DNA of 64,000 bases from Zygnema circumcarinatum SAG 698-1b. Taxonomy: Eukaryota > Plantae > Zygnematophyceae. Under the pieces are notes generated by a model. The model was not told the origin of the DNA. It searched no databases and saw only the letters and a program-made list of their open reading frames with translations. The stretch lies in assembly GCA_037447605.1 (NCBI GenBank), contig CM074804.1:3635909-3699908 (forward strand), in the 5' to 3' direction. Shown here piece by piece: positions 39,701-55,100 of this stretch; the first letter of the stretch is position 1, and every line of letters begins with the position of its first letter. Both the position numbers and the translations under genes were made by a program.

Positions 39701-42700
39701 TTACACAGTTTAACTCATTGTGACAACAAACGTGTCTAGAAAGGTGTTGACAATTTTTTTGTTGGGGCGGAGAGGAGGACGCACAGAGGAGCACATTGGG
39801 CAAGGTGGAGGCGGACAGCAGCGTTCAAGAGATCTGCATGCAGGCTGCAGGTGCTGTCAGCGAATATGACGACAAAAGCATCATTCACAGGTAATAAGTA
39901 TCAGTCAAACTGGATGTTTTACCAATGGGTGCCATTTTTCCAAGTACTTGAAAGTAACTTCAGAGTTCTTGGCAGTGCTACGAACTGATAGAAGTAAGCT
40001 AAATAAAAGGTCGTTGAATTCAATTTTCGCTGATTGGACCTGCAGCCCAGCTGTACATGACCATGCGTACGTTGAGAAGACATTGGAGCAGCCCTTTCTC
40101 GTGCTCAAGCTGCGGCGGTCGGAGCTTGCGAGTGTGCGGCCATCTCTGGAGTTGCACTTGGCTCCGATTCATGTGCAATACAATCATGAATGGATCTCCG
40201 GCCTTTCTGCTTATATCCAACGCTTGAAGGTGCGGTTTTGGAAGAAAGCTTTGTTATCTGGACAAAGTGGCCTGTAGACCCTCCAAGATATTGTACAGAG
40301 GATTAGAATCATGGATTCTCCCTTTCAAATTGGTTGTTTCAGATTGCTTGGAGCCGCCAACATTTGATGTGAGAAAATACTGATTGTTCAGTGCATCCGA
40401 CTCTACTGTCACTTTCACTAACGCGAAGTCGAATGGTCATCGTCAAGAGTTGACGGAGTTCACTTCATGTTTGGCTCTGGATGCGTGATGACCGGCCGAT
40501 GCTGGGTGCTACTACTTTACCATGATCTTGCATCAGTCTTTTGCATCCATCTATCCCCGTCGCCATTCCAAGTGATCCTTCAAACTCACTATCCACTAAC
40601 TTATCGCATCCAGATCGTTAGTTTGCAATTCTGCAGCTCGATGACCTTTATGTCTGGGCAAAGGCTTTTTTGCAGGCAGGTGATGTCGGGGGAGTGGCTG
40701 CTGTTGGATCTGCTGTCCAGCAGTGGATGGCAGACATTCGCATGCAGCAGCGCAGATATTATGCAGGGCAGGACCGAACAGATACAAAGCCTGCGAAGAA
40801 TGACAACCGCTTAAAGTCTGCTGTGACTGCCTTTGCGACCAGAATATCAACCAATCGGCTTTGGGCTCAGCCATTACCTCGTGTACCACTGGGCATGACT
40901 GTGTCTTTGAGCACAATTCAAATCGCTGTGCCATCACGATTTTTGGTGCGTTACAGAACCTGTCTATTTTCCTGTCTCCCGATGCTGACAATTGTGCGGA
41001 AGTGGACAGAATTGTTGTTTGGATTGTAAACACATGAAAATGAATTCATCAATGAGATACCCTGTTCCTTTATCTTAACCTTGATATCACCCCTGTTGCA
41101 TGATGAACTCCTATGCGCACGAAAAGCGTAGTCCCAGTTCTCCTGGCCGACCTAATTTGTGTGCGGGCCAAGGGCTGCAGGAGCCAAAAAAGCACCCTGC
41201 AAGCGCAGCTGTGGCGGAAACTGTGACTATGCCTTCACGCAGTTCCATCCGGCAGATGAGCTCGGCAGGCTCCGGGAACCCTTTGAAGGGAGAGGCGAGC
41301 TTCAGGAGGGTCCCTGGCACATCAGCTTTTACCACCCACGCAGGCAGTGGCTCGTGCAGCATTCCGTCTCTCATATTGGTCGCAAACCTCAAAATCTTTG
41401 ACGTCCCTAAGGACGGCAGGTATTTCTTTCGTCTTAAATTGTTCTATTGCAGTTTGGTTTACTTGCTGAAAAGCAGGATGCCTTCCTGCATTCTGCATGA
41501 TCCACATGTGCATGTTGAGCATGTTGCATGCTGAGCATCCTCTACATGAATGTTCCTTGAGAATTGTCATGCCTTGCTCATATTCGATTCTCTAGACGGA
41601 AGGTGAATGAAAACCTTGTACTTTGCTGGTTTCTGCTGCAGAGTGGACATGGTGATTGACGTCGTGTCTGGGGCGAAACAAGAGTCCTTCTGGAGACGTA
41701 GTTTTGATCTCGACGATAGCCGATCGGTCAGACCACGTAATGCTTTTGGGGCGCAACTCACTCTGGAAGCGTTTTTTGGCTGGAGGAAGCCTGACGCAGT
41801 GGACTCTTCTTGGGAGAGGTGAATACCTATTCAGTCGCATGAAACGTTGGCATGCCTTTCTCCCATTTGCGTTCTGCGGCTTATTGCGCCTTGCAGTCCC
41901 CAACCAGAAATGGTGGTATGGCATTTTGAGATGCAGAGTGCAGGTGCTAGAAAAATTGCAGCTACTCGCCTCAACAGTCGTGAACGACGCTCAATCGGTG
42001 AGTCCTTAGCGCGCCATGAAGCACATGCTTCAGAGTGGACATCGTCTCTGCCAACTCAATGAACAGGAAGTAATGCTGTCCCTCTATAAAAAAGTGTTTT
42101 CAAATTGCCTGTCAGAGTCTTGGAGTTCCCACTGACTATATGACTCACAGCTAATGCAGTTCTGGGCTAAGGATGAAGCATGCAGCTAGTTACGCTGACA
42201 TCTTCTTATCGAGGAACTGTTTCTTCGTTGGGAGGTCTGGCAGCAGTTACATGCTTCAGTATGGCTCTCCAATGTGGAGGTTTATGTGTCAGCCTTCGCT
42301 GCAGCGGAGTTACGAAGCCTGATGCAGACGTATTGCTCTGCCCTTCTCGAATGCTGCTCCCTGAGATGGTGTTTGTTGTAAAGCAATGTCATGCAAGCTG
42401 TTATGGTCGAGGTCTACCATCATCAGATACTGCATGTGTGCCTCAATTTCTCTCCTAGAACCTTGAGTAATGCTGTTGTGCTGGCCAAACTTCAAAATCT
42501 GGGCTAAGAATCGGCAGACTAAGCGTGAATGTTGTAAAAAGTGAAACTGGCGACTTTGCCATTGGAAAGAAGGGAAAAGTCAGAAAGTCTGCCGAACTGG
42601 AAATTACTCGAAAGCTACTGTAACCTCTGGGACAAAAAGGAGACTTATAGCAAGGTCAGGCTTTCCGGGCTGTTGAGTTTATAGTTTTTAACAGTATCCA

Positions 42701-45700
42701 GAGCTGGGGAGGTAAGGACATTGCACCCAAACATGGCCATAGTAGCGGGCTGCAGTATGGGAGTACTGGCATTTCAAAAAACGCAATTAAGTGGTGCTCC
42801 CCCGCCTCTATCAACTGACACTTCGGCCACTCCTGCGAAAAAGAAAGTCACCTTAGTATGGCTGCTCAACCTTGAGGTGAGACGGTTCAAAGTGAAGCTA
42901 GTAAACCCTTGTCATCTTATTAGCCTGGTGGCGTAAAGTGCCCATGTCTCCGCTGGTAGTCAGTCTACCTTTGCCTTGCCACCCTGATATTTTTAAGACC
43001 ACCATTTCACTGCCAGTGCTGATGGAGGGTTTGTATGCTCCAAAAAGACCAAAGGTACCTGGATGCTGGCTCGATGTAGTTGCATGACACTCTGCACCAA
43101 TCATTACCCGCACCCGTATTCTCGTTGCAGCGATATTGAGTTGAGATCGAGAGAAGAAGAGGCCTCGGGTGTGGCTTTGATAATTAAGGGATGAGAGGGC
43201 CGGTGGAGAGTTGCTTCTGAGGACCGAGTCATTTAGGCTTAACTCGAGGGGATTTTAGTGTAGCTACAGCCACAAGATAGCAAAAGAAGCAGCGTAATTT
43301 ATTTTGTTCGAGTTAGTTCTGAATGAGATATTCTCCCATAGCAATTGCAGTGGACAAATATGACCATTGTCACCGGTTTTGTCTGTTCGCTGTGCAGGTG
43401 GAGAGCCTGGCACTGTCTGCTCTCTGTGTGCATCCTCCAATGTGCGCATGCGGCCACTGCCACGAAGCGAGAGACGCAAGTCAATTGGGAAAAGAGTCAG
43501 CTCCGCTTTTTCTTCTCGTGCAGAATTTGGAGGTGGAAGCCACCAACAGGAAACCAGAGGTAAGCAAAGTTTGGAGAGCTTGGCGGCAGGTCGTTTATCT
43601 CTGCCATTGTTTACCCTCGATTGATCACTGACGTGATTATTGAGAGGGCCCTGTTGGATTGAACAGTTTACTTTGAACATATGGTTGGGACGGGTGGGTC
43701 TGGAGAACCGTCATTGCAAGGTGCAGTTCTTCTTCTTAACTCATAACCATTGGCTCACAGGCACTCACAGGAGGTGTCTGTGCTTTTCCTTTCCCTAGAT
43801 CTGTAACTCTGAGCAAGTGCTCTCTGTTTTGTTGTTGGAAAGGTCTAGATTTCAGAGAGCACCTTAATTGACTGCTCCCTGAGGAAATTGTGGTTTGTTT
43901 AATCTACCATCTCTATGTCATTCTTTCTCTTGTTTGTTCCCCCAACAATGCTTGGCCTGCCTTTCTGCCGATTACAACTTTAATGAAGGAAATACGTTTA
44001 CAGAGAAAGACTGGAATTGCAAAGCATGAAGCATGTCTCTGTTGTAAGTGGTTTTATCTTCGCCATTATCAACGTTGTTTACATCCACCCTGCCATTTTC
44101 ATTCTTGATTCGTCATATATTTCTTCTTTCACTTCTACTCCTTTCTCCACTGCTTCTTGACTGATCTTGCTGTCGAGAATCACCTTGTCATCAAGCAGGC
44201 TGGATGCCATTGAGACTGTGGTAGTTTGAAGAAGGGGAGGACTTAGGGGAAGACAGGAGTTGATCAGAAAACGGGGAAGTGGAGGAGAGGGGAGAGGAGA
44301 TTGTTATGGGAGAGTAGAGGAGTAAGCAGTGGAGAGAGGAGAGAACAGGAGGGAGAAATGATCTAGGCAGTCAGATTTGGCTTTATGCTGGCTGGTGGTT
44401 GCTTATTGTTGATTGTCCTATTGCTTTCTTGAATTATAGATCAAAGCAAATTGCCAAAACAATGGTTGCTATGCTCTCATACTGATATGGATTGTCAGCA
44501 AAAGGTATAAATTAAGCGGATGTTGTGCACACTGCAGTTGGAAGTATACAGAAGCTGCCAAGTAAGCATGTTCATGTTTTTCAGTAGTGGATGTTTCCAG
44601 GAACCGGATTGTGCAATGGAGAGGCTAATTGTGAGCCCTTATTGGGTGTGGGGGAAGCGCCTGGCCACTTCCTACCTTGCAGTTGTGAGTAGTTTTGAAA
44701 TTCCGGACATTGTTTCTTCTTAGCATATATATCGTTGCCCGGAAAGTGCGCGCTTCAAGATGGTCCTGCAGAATTCAGACGATTCAGGCCCAAAACATCA
44801 GGAGACGACCAGAAATTTTGCACCGGGTTGTATTGCATTACGTGTACTTAATTGCATTTCATCCAACGATTCTGCCTTTTTTGGAGAGTGTTCCAGTTGT
44901 CTCGTCTCACGATCAAGCCTCTCCCTCTGCCACTTGCAGACGTGGTGGCGCTGGCGAGTGCACACTTACAAGCGGAAGGGGCTGGCAGCAGTGCAATTGA
45001 AGGATGCGCTGCAGCGAGCGATCGTGCGCTCCAAAGCTCAGGTAAATGTCTCTAAGCCGGCTTTCCCTGGTATTCTTTGTGGGTGGCGATCATAATTCAG
45101 GAATTCAGCACGTATGAAACACTCCATTCGTTTTCTTATTGTCCTCCTCCCTCAGTTTGCAGAAATATGCAGTGTCAACGATGCTCTGGACCGTTGAAAA
45201 ACGAAGCTGGAGTAGGAGTAGTTAGGATGGTCGGATGTAGTTTGTAGTACTGTATAGACTCTCTGGACATAGCCATTTTGCAGCCTTCTAATCGTCGTTA
45301 TGTGTTGAAGTTCTTACTTAACAAAGGATTTCTCATCCGTTTGTCTGTCTGCACATGGGAGGGCAATAGATGCTGCTGTTGTGGGAAAGCCTTGTCATAC
45401 GTGGCGCGTCTCTTTCAGTTCTCAAGTGAAGATTGCTGCTTCTATAAGCTAGCCTATTGCTCCAATCATGTTTCTGCAAGTGCCTGGTTGCATACGTTTC
45501 TTCCAGGTTTTTAGTCTGTATGTCCTTATTCACATCTGTGAAGAGCATAGGTGCAGAATGTTTGAGAAAGTATCAGAATTGAGGGTGTCCCAGGTAACTG
45601 CAAGCATGCACCGGAAGGAGTCCACCGTCGAGCTTCAAATAGGCGTTCACTTTTTGCCCATCAACTGGTAAGCGCATTAACGCTTTGTTTCTGTCCATGG

Positions 45701-48700
45701 CCCAAATGCTCAATGGTATTTGTATTTCGACCAATGAATTTTTGACTCTGATCTTATTTCCACTCTTTTTCATTCATGGTTGCACTTTTTCATCAGCTGG
45801 TGGACTGATCTGAGGGTTTTGCCCCTCAAAAAGACCCACCTTTCTTAGGAAGGACTACTTCACTATGTGTAAAAGTTCAAGAGCCTGCCTCACTCGGTTG
45901 AGTATCCATGACGTGATTTTGCAGCAATCTGGAGGCTTTTGCCGATGTGATGCTGTTCGTCAGCAGGCTGAAGGCTTCTGTAAGTGGTGCGGTAGGAGGA
46001 CAGCCTGCGGGAACAATGGCCACTCCAATTCCGCACGCCAAAGCGACCGAGATTCTGTCTACTCCTCTACCAACTCCCTCCGGATCTGAGATGCAGCGTG
46101 GCGAGTCATCTTCAAGCGGACATCCGCTTGAGTCGACTGCTGTAGCGGTTGACCAGTCCGTGAATTCCTCCGAAGTTGCGCCCTCTCCTCCTCCCAATCC
46201 TGCAGGGCTCAATTTGCAAGTCACATCAGCTGTCGCTCCGTCCCAAAAAAAAATCTTGCCTTCCATATTCAAGCATCTCTCGACTGTACTGCGAGGAAAG
46301 GTGTCATTAGCAAGTCTCTCTCCTGTTGTCATTCATCCATCTGCGCTCTCTAGAGAGTCAGATCGCGCGACCCATCACCCCCCGCATTCGTCAAGTACAC
46401 AGAACCATTCCCATGAACCAATTTCAACTGGAAGGCCTGTTCATGACACATCCAATATTGAAATATTGGGAAGCCGTGCTCAGTGGCATCCTGCTGCCAC
46501 GCCCCCTTCAACTTCAACTATACCTTCAATGACTTCTTTACCTGTAGCTGCCAAGAAGACAAACAGAGTGCTAAGAATCCGCATAGAGTTGAGCGGCCTC
46601 AGCATAACCCTATCTACTCTGCGCAAAGCATTCACACGCCTCGTTTTTGAGGACATCCTGGTATGCCAAACGCCACGCCTTCTTCCGTCGGATTCATGAT
46701 GCACCTCTGCTTTTGTTCCATATTGTAGAGTTGCCTGTTTCTGTCTAGAGTCTGCTGATTTGCAATTTCTCTGGTTATGAATGTTTTTTTTCCATTTTTC
46801 TTTGCTTAACATGCTCTGTCCTATGCATCGCGTATGTATTTTTTAACAGCCTTGCTTCTTCCTCTATTTTGCTTATCCCCAGTGTGAGGTGAATAAGGAT
46901 CCCGCTCTTCTCTGCATACTGGCGCGAGTTAACAGCCTCCAGATCATGGATCTGCAGGCCAATGACGAGTACGTGTGTTACGAAACTTGCTCCCTTTGCT
47001 TTTTCCGTTTCATATGTTCTGGCCTGTTAACCATATGCTTTTCTTTGCAGGCGTTATCGATATATTGCGAAGTCTTTTGGCAAGCAGCCAAGTGTTTTGT
47101 TGGAGGTCCGGCAAGGGATGCAGCAGCGCGCCGGTCTGGCCCTTCTTTCCCAGGTCAGCATTTTTTGCTTTTCTTTGAAGGCAAAATTCGTTTCCTTTTA
47201 AGCCGTTCGGTGTTCTACCCGCCTTTCCGAGCCGAAGCTCTCAAATACTTTTCTGAATCTGTCCGAATGTACACCGCAATGACAATGGATTGTTGAAGGG
47301 TTTGCTTCACCACCATCGATTTACTTCTATTCCACAATGTCTGACTTTGAATATATGTGCCAGGAGTTTGAATTCGCTATAATTGCCCCGTTTGCTCATT
47401 AGGTTCTTCTATCAAGGCTTAGAGGTGATGTATTTTCTCAGTTGCTGAATCCAGGCGGCTACTGGGAAAACTCATGTTATAAGTCCGCATGTGTTTTTCA
47501 TATGTTCGGGTAGAATGACATAGTTTGGGAAAGGAGGATGGCATGTGCAGATGACGATGTGGGCGGAAGTTCGGGAGTTGCATGTCACAGTGCTGCTGCG
47601 GTGGATTAAGGACCTCATTTTCTGGATCAAGTCCTTGCTGGCATTACTGAAGGTCGTTTTTACATCCTAAGGCAGCTCAGTGTACAGCTCAGTGCTCAGT
47701 GCTCTCAGCTCAGCTCAGTTCAGTGTGCTTACAAGTGTTGAGATGAGAACTCCATCTCGTTCGGCAGAGAAAAGGGCATTGTTTTCACGTTTTTCTGCGT
47801 GAGGGTGCCGCACAGAGTAAGGATCGCTATCCCAAGTCCAAAAAAGTCCATCTGGAAGCGGAGGTGGTGATAAAGTTGAAGCCACTCATCTATATTACCG
47901 CAATCGACCTGCAAGTCAGCATGCCAAGGTGCAGACATTAGGCTTTCTGACCAAGTCTAGCAGCCATTCAAACTACCGCCTACTTGCTTTCTCAAATGCG
48001 CCGGCAAATTTCTGCAAGGAGATGACTCAGGATTGAGGGTATTTCATGATGTTGGTTCAGGCATTCATGGGCCCATGAGAGCTACACACTTCATGCTGCA
48101 AAGGCCGCAGTTATGATCGCAGCACCGCCTGTCGTGGAGGACGCTCTTGCTCTCATTCAAAGGTTGTTGAATCTTCTTACTTCAAACGAATGATATCTGA
48201 AAAGAGGCTCCCAAGGTCCAGTATGCATAATACTCAACATTGCGAGCCAGATAATAAAAGGACGTCACGTCTGTTGTCGATTTTTTCCTCCTGCTTATCT
48301 TCATCTGTCTTCTTGTTAAGTTTTACTTCTCGTGCTGCGCCTGCATGCATGGTCAGTGTTGGTCAAAGACTTTTCTTCTCATTTTGGAGCGATGCAGGCT
48401 AGCAGAAACTCCCACTGAGAGGGATGAGTTTGTCATGGATGACTCCTTCTGGGAGCCATTCCAACACCTACCTGGAGCACGGTTCACTCTAGCCATCCAC
48501 ATGTCGGAATTCCATGTCCTCTGGGCTACCACTGAGGTGGGTCATTGGCTGGGCAAGGGATGTTGTGAATCCAAGCTGGTGCTTGAGTAAACTGATGGAA
48601 GATCTCATGAAGCAGAGTTTTTTCTGGAGAGCAGGTATGAAGGAGTCAGAACGACAAGTAGTGATACTTGGCACTAAAAATTATAATCAAGGGCGTTTGC

Positions 48701-51700
48701 AAATGAGTGCAGCCTTTGGCAGAGGCACAGCGGCGTGTGGTGGAAGGCGGCTGCGCATCTGCCGCCATTCAGGTGCGGATCTTGATCAGGGCTTAATTAG
48801 CAGAGACCAGCGTTCCCGCAGGAAAAGTAGAAGCAGAGGGGGTCAGAGAATCAAAGATTAACAGTCCTTGTTCCAATGTCAAGGCCTATATCCAAGGTCT
48901 CTCTCTGATTCTTTCCCCCTCTTCCCCTCTCTCGCCCTCTCTCCTCTCTTTCTCTCTCCGTCTCTTTCTCTCTCTCTTTCGCTCTTGCTCTTTCGCTCTC
49001 TCCCTCCCTCTATTCCTCCTCTTTCTCTCTCCTAACTCTCTCTCTCTATCTCCCCCCCCCTCAAGACTTGACCCTCTGCGGTTTGGAAGGGCAGATTCAT
49101 CCGTTCCAGCTGCATGTGGTTTGGCCCCACTTGCGTGCTGTTTATGGGGAAATCCAGCACTCACTCCTTATGGCCATTATCTTCGAGAACGTTGAAGAGC
49201 GCTGCATCTACATACGTAAGTTGCCCTTGCTTGATGCAAACGAAAAATATGAGCGAGTCAGTCTGCTTCTTTTTGGTAAATGCAACTTTCAAGCACGGCC
49301 TCTCACCTTTCAAGGTTTTCTTCGCTACAAAAGTGGATCGTCCATTTTCTTTTCGCTTGTCAGAAGGGAACGGCGAGTTTCTGATCCGACTTACAATAGG
49401 TAGAACAGCCCTACTACCTATTCGCTGCTTCTGAAATGTCATTCGTTTGCTATTGATTTGTCCCCTCCTTGGGCGCGCAGCTGGGGGGCAGGGGAATCCG
49501 AGGACAGGAGTGCCCATGGGGGGGCTCATGGGGCCGAGGGAGCCGGAAGTGGACCTCAGCAGCCTCACTCCATCTTGGGAGTTGGTGTTCCGTGTCGGCC
49601 TTGCGAAAGTTACTGTTGAAACTGCTCCGAAGTCATTCCCCATCAATGGGTAGGCGATGCACCTTGCTTATTTACGATTGCGATCTCACGATAGTGATCC
49701 GTTGGAGTATTGTCAACATCTTTTGTCAAAGAATCGGAAGTACTTCTGTCTCTTTTGTAGAATATTGGCTGTCAGTGGATAGGCCCGATTAACCAGTTCA
49801 AGTAGGCTTTGAAGATGTTTGTCATCACATGTGACTTGCTTGTTTGAGGTGCAGATTGCTTTCACTCCATTTCTTTTTAGTGGGAAGAAAATCTGCAGTG
49901 CAGAATGCTGACTTTGTCCCCTAGCGATTTAATGCTTCGCATTCCAGGAAAGGTTGACTGAGAGGACTGGTCCTGTAATGGGTAGACCCTGATTCGAATC
50001 TGCAGCTCTCAGCGGAGGTGTCGGACATGAGATTGCTATCATTGTGATTGCAGTTCTTAGCTGTAAAAGGCAGAGGACTCTGGCTTTGATGTTTTGCAGC
50101 CATGCGAAAACTTTGAGTGACGTTCAAGGAGACGAAATGTTGGTGGTGATCGCTTCGTACAAACCACCAGATGGACTTTCTGTACGTTTCTAGCCTTGCA
50201 ACACCAGGTGCTTTTGACTGCACCAGCAGGGCAGCAAAGCATTTATAAAGCATCTTGCTTGGGCCATTTAAATGATCTGGGGAGTACATCTGCGATCTGG
50301 CTTGTGCAGATCATCCAGATTGTCGTTAAGGCTGTTGCGTTGCAAGTAATGGATAGTCGCTTCAAACACTTCACTTCTGCGAAGGTAATTTCAGAAAAGC
50401 TGCTGTACCTTGCTGCTAGACAAGAATGGCATTTCCATTTCGTCAAATTTGGAATTCATTCGCGTAACCGGAAATACAGCTGTGTAGTATCCCAGATGGG
50501 GGCTTACAAGGGACTGTTTTGTGTGGAAAGCAGTTGCCCGTGGTGCAGTGCCCACGAGCTGATGCCGAGAACTCTTCGATGACATCTAAAGAAAATGAGC
50601 ATTTCGATTTCAATTATGTTCTGAAGAAAGATGGAACGCATGCGATGGAAATTACCTTGCGGAACTCGACTTCAATCTGGCCGTATTTCTTCGACCTCAG
50701 TTTTATTTGGGCCATACAGGTTGGAGTTCATGTGGCCCAGCTACTCTTTCCCTCTTGACATATAATGCTCTAATCTGGATTAGTGCGTCCACATTTTTAA
50801 TTTGCAAATTGCTGAGCCATCAAACTCGTAAGTACTAATGCATGTTGTTATGATGACAGGAGACTTATGCCGGCTTCTTCATGGCTCCTACATGCAAATA
50901 CGGACCTCGGAGCGAGCGTCCCGATTCTTGGTTTTTTGTCAATGTTGTCTTGCCGGTAAGTCCGTCGCACTTTCTTCAAAACCCAGGGCACGAATGCGTT
51001 TTCCATTGCATCAGCTTACATACTTGGAAACGCTTAATGCCCACACATAGTAACATCGACGTGTTAAAGTGATGGCAGGACATGGACTTGTTTCTTCCTG
51101 AGCCCCCTGCCACGAGTGATGCAACTTCATCGATCATTCCATCCTCTACAGAGACCTTCGAGTATGTGGAGGAGTTCCGGATCTGGAGTGATATGCTGGG
51201 AGCGTACTTCAGTTCTCTGTGTGATCAAGGTCTATCTATACACAGCAGAGTTTTACGCGTTGGATACTTCTGGGGGGGAGATGGAGAGGCCAGATTGAAG
51301 ATTGACCTGCTTGGAGCAAATGCAAGCTTTATTGCATCCATGTCGGTGAGTACTAGTTCAACGGTACTAGCATACTATTGCCGTGGGTGATGCAAATTTT
51401 CCAACAATTACTGAGATTCTGATGTGCTCGAAATCGTGCCGATCTTGGATTTGCAGGATTTCCAGCAGGAAAACATAGTAGGGGAGCATACGCACCACAC
51501 AGACATCCAATTCCACAATTCCAAAGTCAAGGCAAAACGTATTCTGAACGTGCAACTGCAGTGCCTGCAACAAGAGCCGGAAGCCAGAAATTGCTTGGCG
51601 TTGTACCTTGTCTTTTCAGTATGTCCCGATCCCCGAGATTATGCTGCATCCCGTTTCTTTCCAATGTGTCACTTGATTGTCCCGGGCTGTTTCACCTTAA

Positions 51701-52131
51701 CATACGTAAGAACTGCTACTTGGGTTGAATTCTTTGTCATTACCAACCTATGCTGGGTGGTGGCGAGGAGCTCCACATTTGACTATTGACTTATAGATGA
51801 TGGGGTGGGAGAGAACAGCATATTCCTGCACTGGCTACCTTTGTTGAAACGGTCACACAGAGACTCCGGGAAAGCCGTGGAGACCTTCTGAACCGCCAGC
51901 GCCGATTTGCAGGGACTTCGCTGCCTGTTGCTTTTGTTCCTTCCCTCATGTCTGTGCACGTCCACGTGGATGAACTGTCCGTCGCCCTTATCGATGATCG
52001 GTGAGGCCAGTCAATTTTCGCAGTTTTACAATCCTCGCACTCGAAAATGCACAAAGGCATCAGATGGAGGGTTTTCTAATCTGCCTATCTTCTTACCAAG
52101 CAGGTCCTCTTTTCTACAGCACTGTCCCAGT

Positions 52132-52181
<50 letters not shown>

Positions 52182-55100
52182 AACCCTAGTGACTTCGTTT
52201 GAAACCTGCCTGCTTGTGAAAATTTAGGATAGGTACACCGATCTCCGTCCTGGAGGCTAAAGTACGATCTTTGGCGGTGAACTGGACGCGTGAAAAGCAG
52301 TTCGAGCTGAGTGCAGGCACAATGGCCGGATCGCTGAAACTGCAGCTGGCTGTCTCCTACCTCAATAGCACAATCGAGGTTCCCCTTGGCCTTCCTGATT
52401 GAAATTTTGGACATATATTTAGCCATTTCGTCACTATTAGTGGCTTGAATAAACTTAAGAAACTGTTTAACGAAGTATGTTACTCCACTACGCTTAAAAA
52501 TTGAAGCGCTTTGTACCGTAATGTACCCCAACCAATCATTGGTACCTGGAAAGATGTTGAAACCCAGCGTATGTGTGCAAGTATGCACGGGCTGTCATGT
52601 GCACAATTAAGAACAGGTGTTCGTGGAAAACGCTTCTGCATGCTTGCATCTGATTTTGGCACTCGATCCTGGGTGGGAGTCCCTGCATTGGCTTCCTGCA
52701 GCTGCTGGATGTTGTGATGGAGCCATGGCCAGTGGAGGCCGAGCTCTGGTCTCAGGGAGGCCCAATGCAACTGCGTCTCATTTCCAAGCAGCGGATGCGC
52801 ATCATCTTTACACCCATGCAGCTGCGCTCCTTTGGGGACGCCCTCAGCTTTGCTCGTCTCATTGGGAAAAGTCTGCGCGTGTTCAGAGGCCCTCAGCCTA
52901 CTGCTATCGTGGAGGTTTGCCCCGATCCTAGCCCTAGAAAGATCAAATTGCTTCGTTTCTAATTTTCTCTGCCATACCCACTCACTTTTAAAACCCTTGT
53001 CGCTCACAGGCATCCAGCAGACAGGGGTCAAACGTTGTGCAGGATCCAAGTCACCAGCTCGATGAAAGTGACAGCACATCCAAGGCATGCCATTCATCCT
53101 ACTCTTCCTTAACTTCCCTCTAAGGCAGCCCTCTCAAGAGCCACAGTTTGTCAGAAGAGCCGGTTGAGATTGGCCTCTTATAAAGAATGGGCCTTGAAGT
53201 GGGCTCGTTATAACGAATCTGAAAGCAGCTGTTAGCATGGACTTTCCACTGACGGATACCTGAAGATGTTTGGCTGGACAGAGAAAGTCACAAATTTCTC
53301 CTGCGCTGCCGGTCGCTGCTAGGGTAAGAAAAAAGAAACCTAGCACCTTGCAACAGAGGGTGGGTAAGGATTATCAGCAAACCAGCTAGGCTGCAAGGCA
53401 ATGCGGAGAGGGGAACTCTTGAGTGAGAGCGATGGGCTGTGACGAGACCGTTTATTGGCGTGTGATTGCAGAATGCTGTGCAATCGTCTCTGCACAGGAT
53501 GGCTCAAGAGTTGCGGAGCATGGCCCGCTACCGTATCGTTAACTTGACAGGCCTTGAACTCTACTATTGGACAGGTGAGCCAAGGGTCCTGATGCTTTTC
53601 AGCTCCACAACTTTTCGATGTCTAGAAGCCTGAGCTGCTTGTTCTGATCGAGGAGGTGGGGTTGTAGATGACGGAGAGGGAGACAAGGAAGCGCACCTTG
53701 TGGAGGCGGGGCAGGAGGAGGCGGTTGCTATCCAGCCCATGGAGAAGCTTGTAACTCTACCGGACTCGAGACGCATTATGGCGCGCGCGCTGAACTTGCA
53801 GCTGAGAGGTGGTTGGCTCCCAGTTTTGGACATCATTGTAGACAAGGTGAATGCACATGGAAGTACAGATTAAAGCCTTTGCTGGAAAAATCTCATCCAA
53901 CGATATCAAATACCTTCATTGTGTGAAATCGCTGTCGGACCAGTTGCGTTGAATAACAAAGTTGGCTGCGTTAGACCATATGCTCAGGGAGTCGGACACA
54001 TGAAAGAAGTCGCGCAATTTTCCTGATTCGTCGAACTAGTGAGGTTCTTATCTGTCTTGAACGGTAACACATGCAACACATGGCAACACATGCTGTCAGT
54101 GACGTAGACGTGAATACTTTTTACTGGGGTGGTGAGGAAGGAGCTTCAGAAGGGCGACTATCTCCACTGCCAGTGTTGTGCGGAGAGTTTGGCAGTATGG
54201 CAATGATATGCTGTATTCTCCACTGTAGCCTATAGGAAAACCTGCTTGTCATACTTTGTACTGTGTCCACTGGTTATTTAAGGACGCAAGAAAGGCGGTC
54301 TCTAGGTTTAAAGTGACGGCTTTGGTGGGCTGGTTATTCCACAGGTTGGGAAGTACATCGTAAACCTACATTCTGTCTTCGATGGAGTCGATGTTCCACT
54401 GGTGGTGGACGTTACGCTGCATAACCGGACGAAAATCGTGACAGTGCACTCCACAATTCGCGTTGACAACAATACCACTCTGCCGTTGCATTTATACCTC
54501 CATCTCCCTACCATGCGTTCGACATCAGTCTCGGGCTACTCCGGAGCACCACTAGGTGAGTGACCGCGTGATTTCATGCCTTGCAAAACGCAGCGCAGAA
54601 GTTGTGAGGGATAGGGAAACATTTAACTGCTCTTTCATGTCTATCTGTGCAGGTATTCTTTCTCCTAATGCCAAACTCTTCGTACCAGTTGCATCAGTCC
54701 TTGGAAGGCAGCTGTTTATTCAGGCAGAGGTACACCTCATCAACCCCCCCACTGTGTGAGATGTTGCGCTTAGCGGACTGTTCGCATCTGCAATGCAATT
54801 CGATGTGTGATGGCGAGGCTTGTCTGATGGCTTTAGACAAGGCACGTGCAGGGATTTGGTGTGGCGGAGAAGGATGTGATTGGACTGGATACGTCACAGC
54901 TGGCAGAGCAGCACGGCCTGCTGACGTGTCCTCCGTTGGAGCCTGGAAGTCCCCCCTTCTGCTGCTGCCTGCAAGTGGTTTCCCCTGAGGCTTCACGTTT
55001 TGCCAGTACCAATGCTGGGGAGGTGCGTTCGGGCTCGTATGTCTTAAATATTTTGCTTTTTGTAATCATTCTGTTGATGGTTTCTCGGAGCAACAGAGGT

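Noticed and set aside
52480-53097. 205-aa minus-strand ORF as a nested gene
   Set aside because: It is the antisense shadow of a VPS13 exon (DVVMEPWPVEA...) and has no recognisable motifs.
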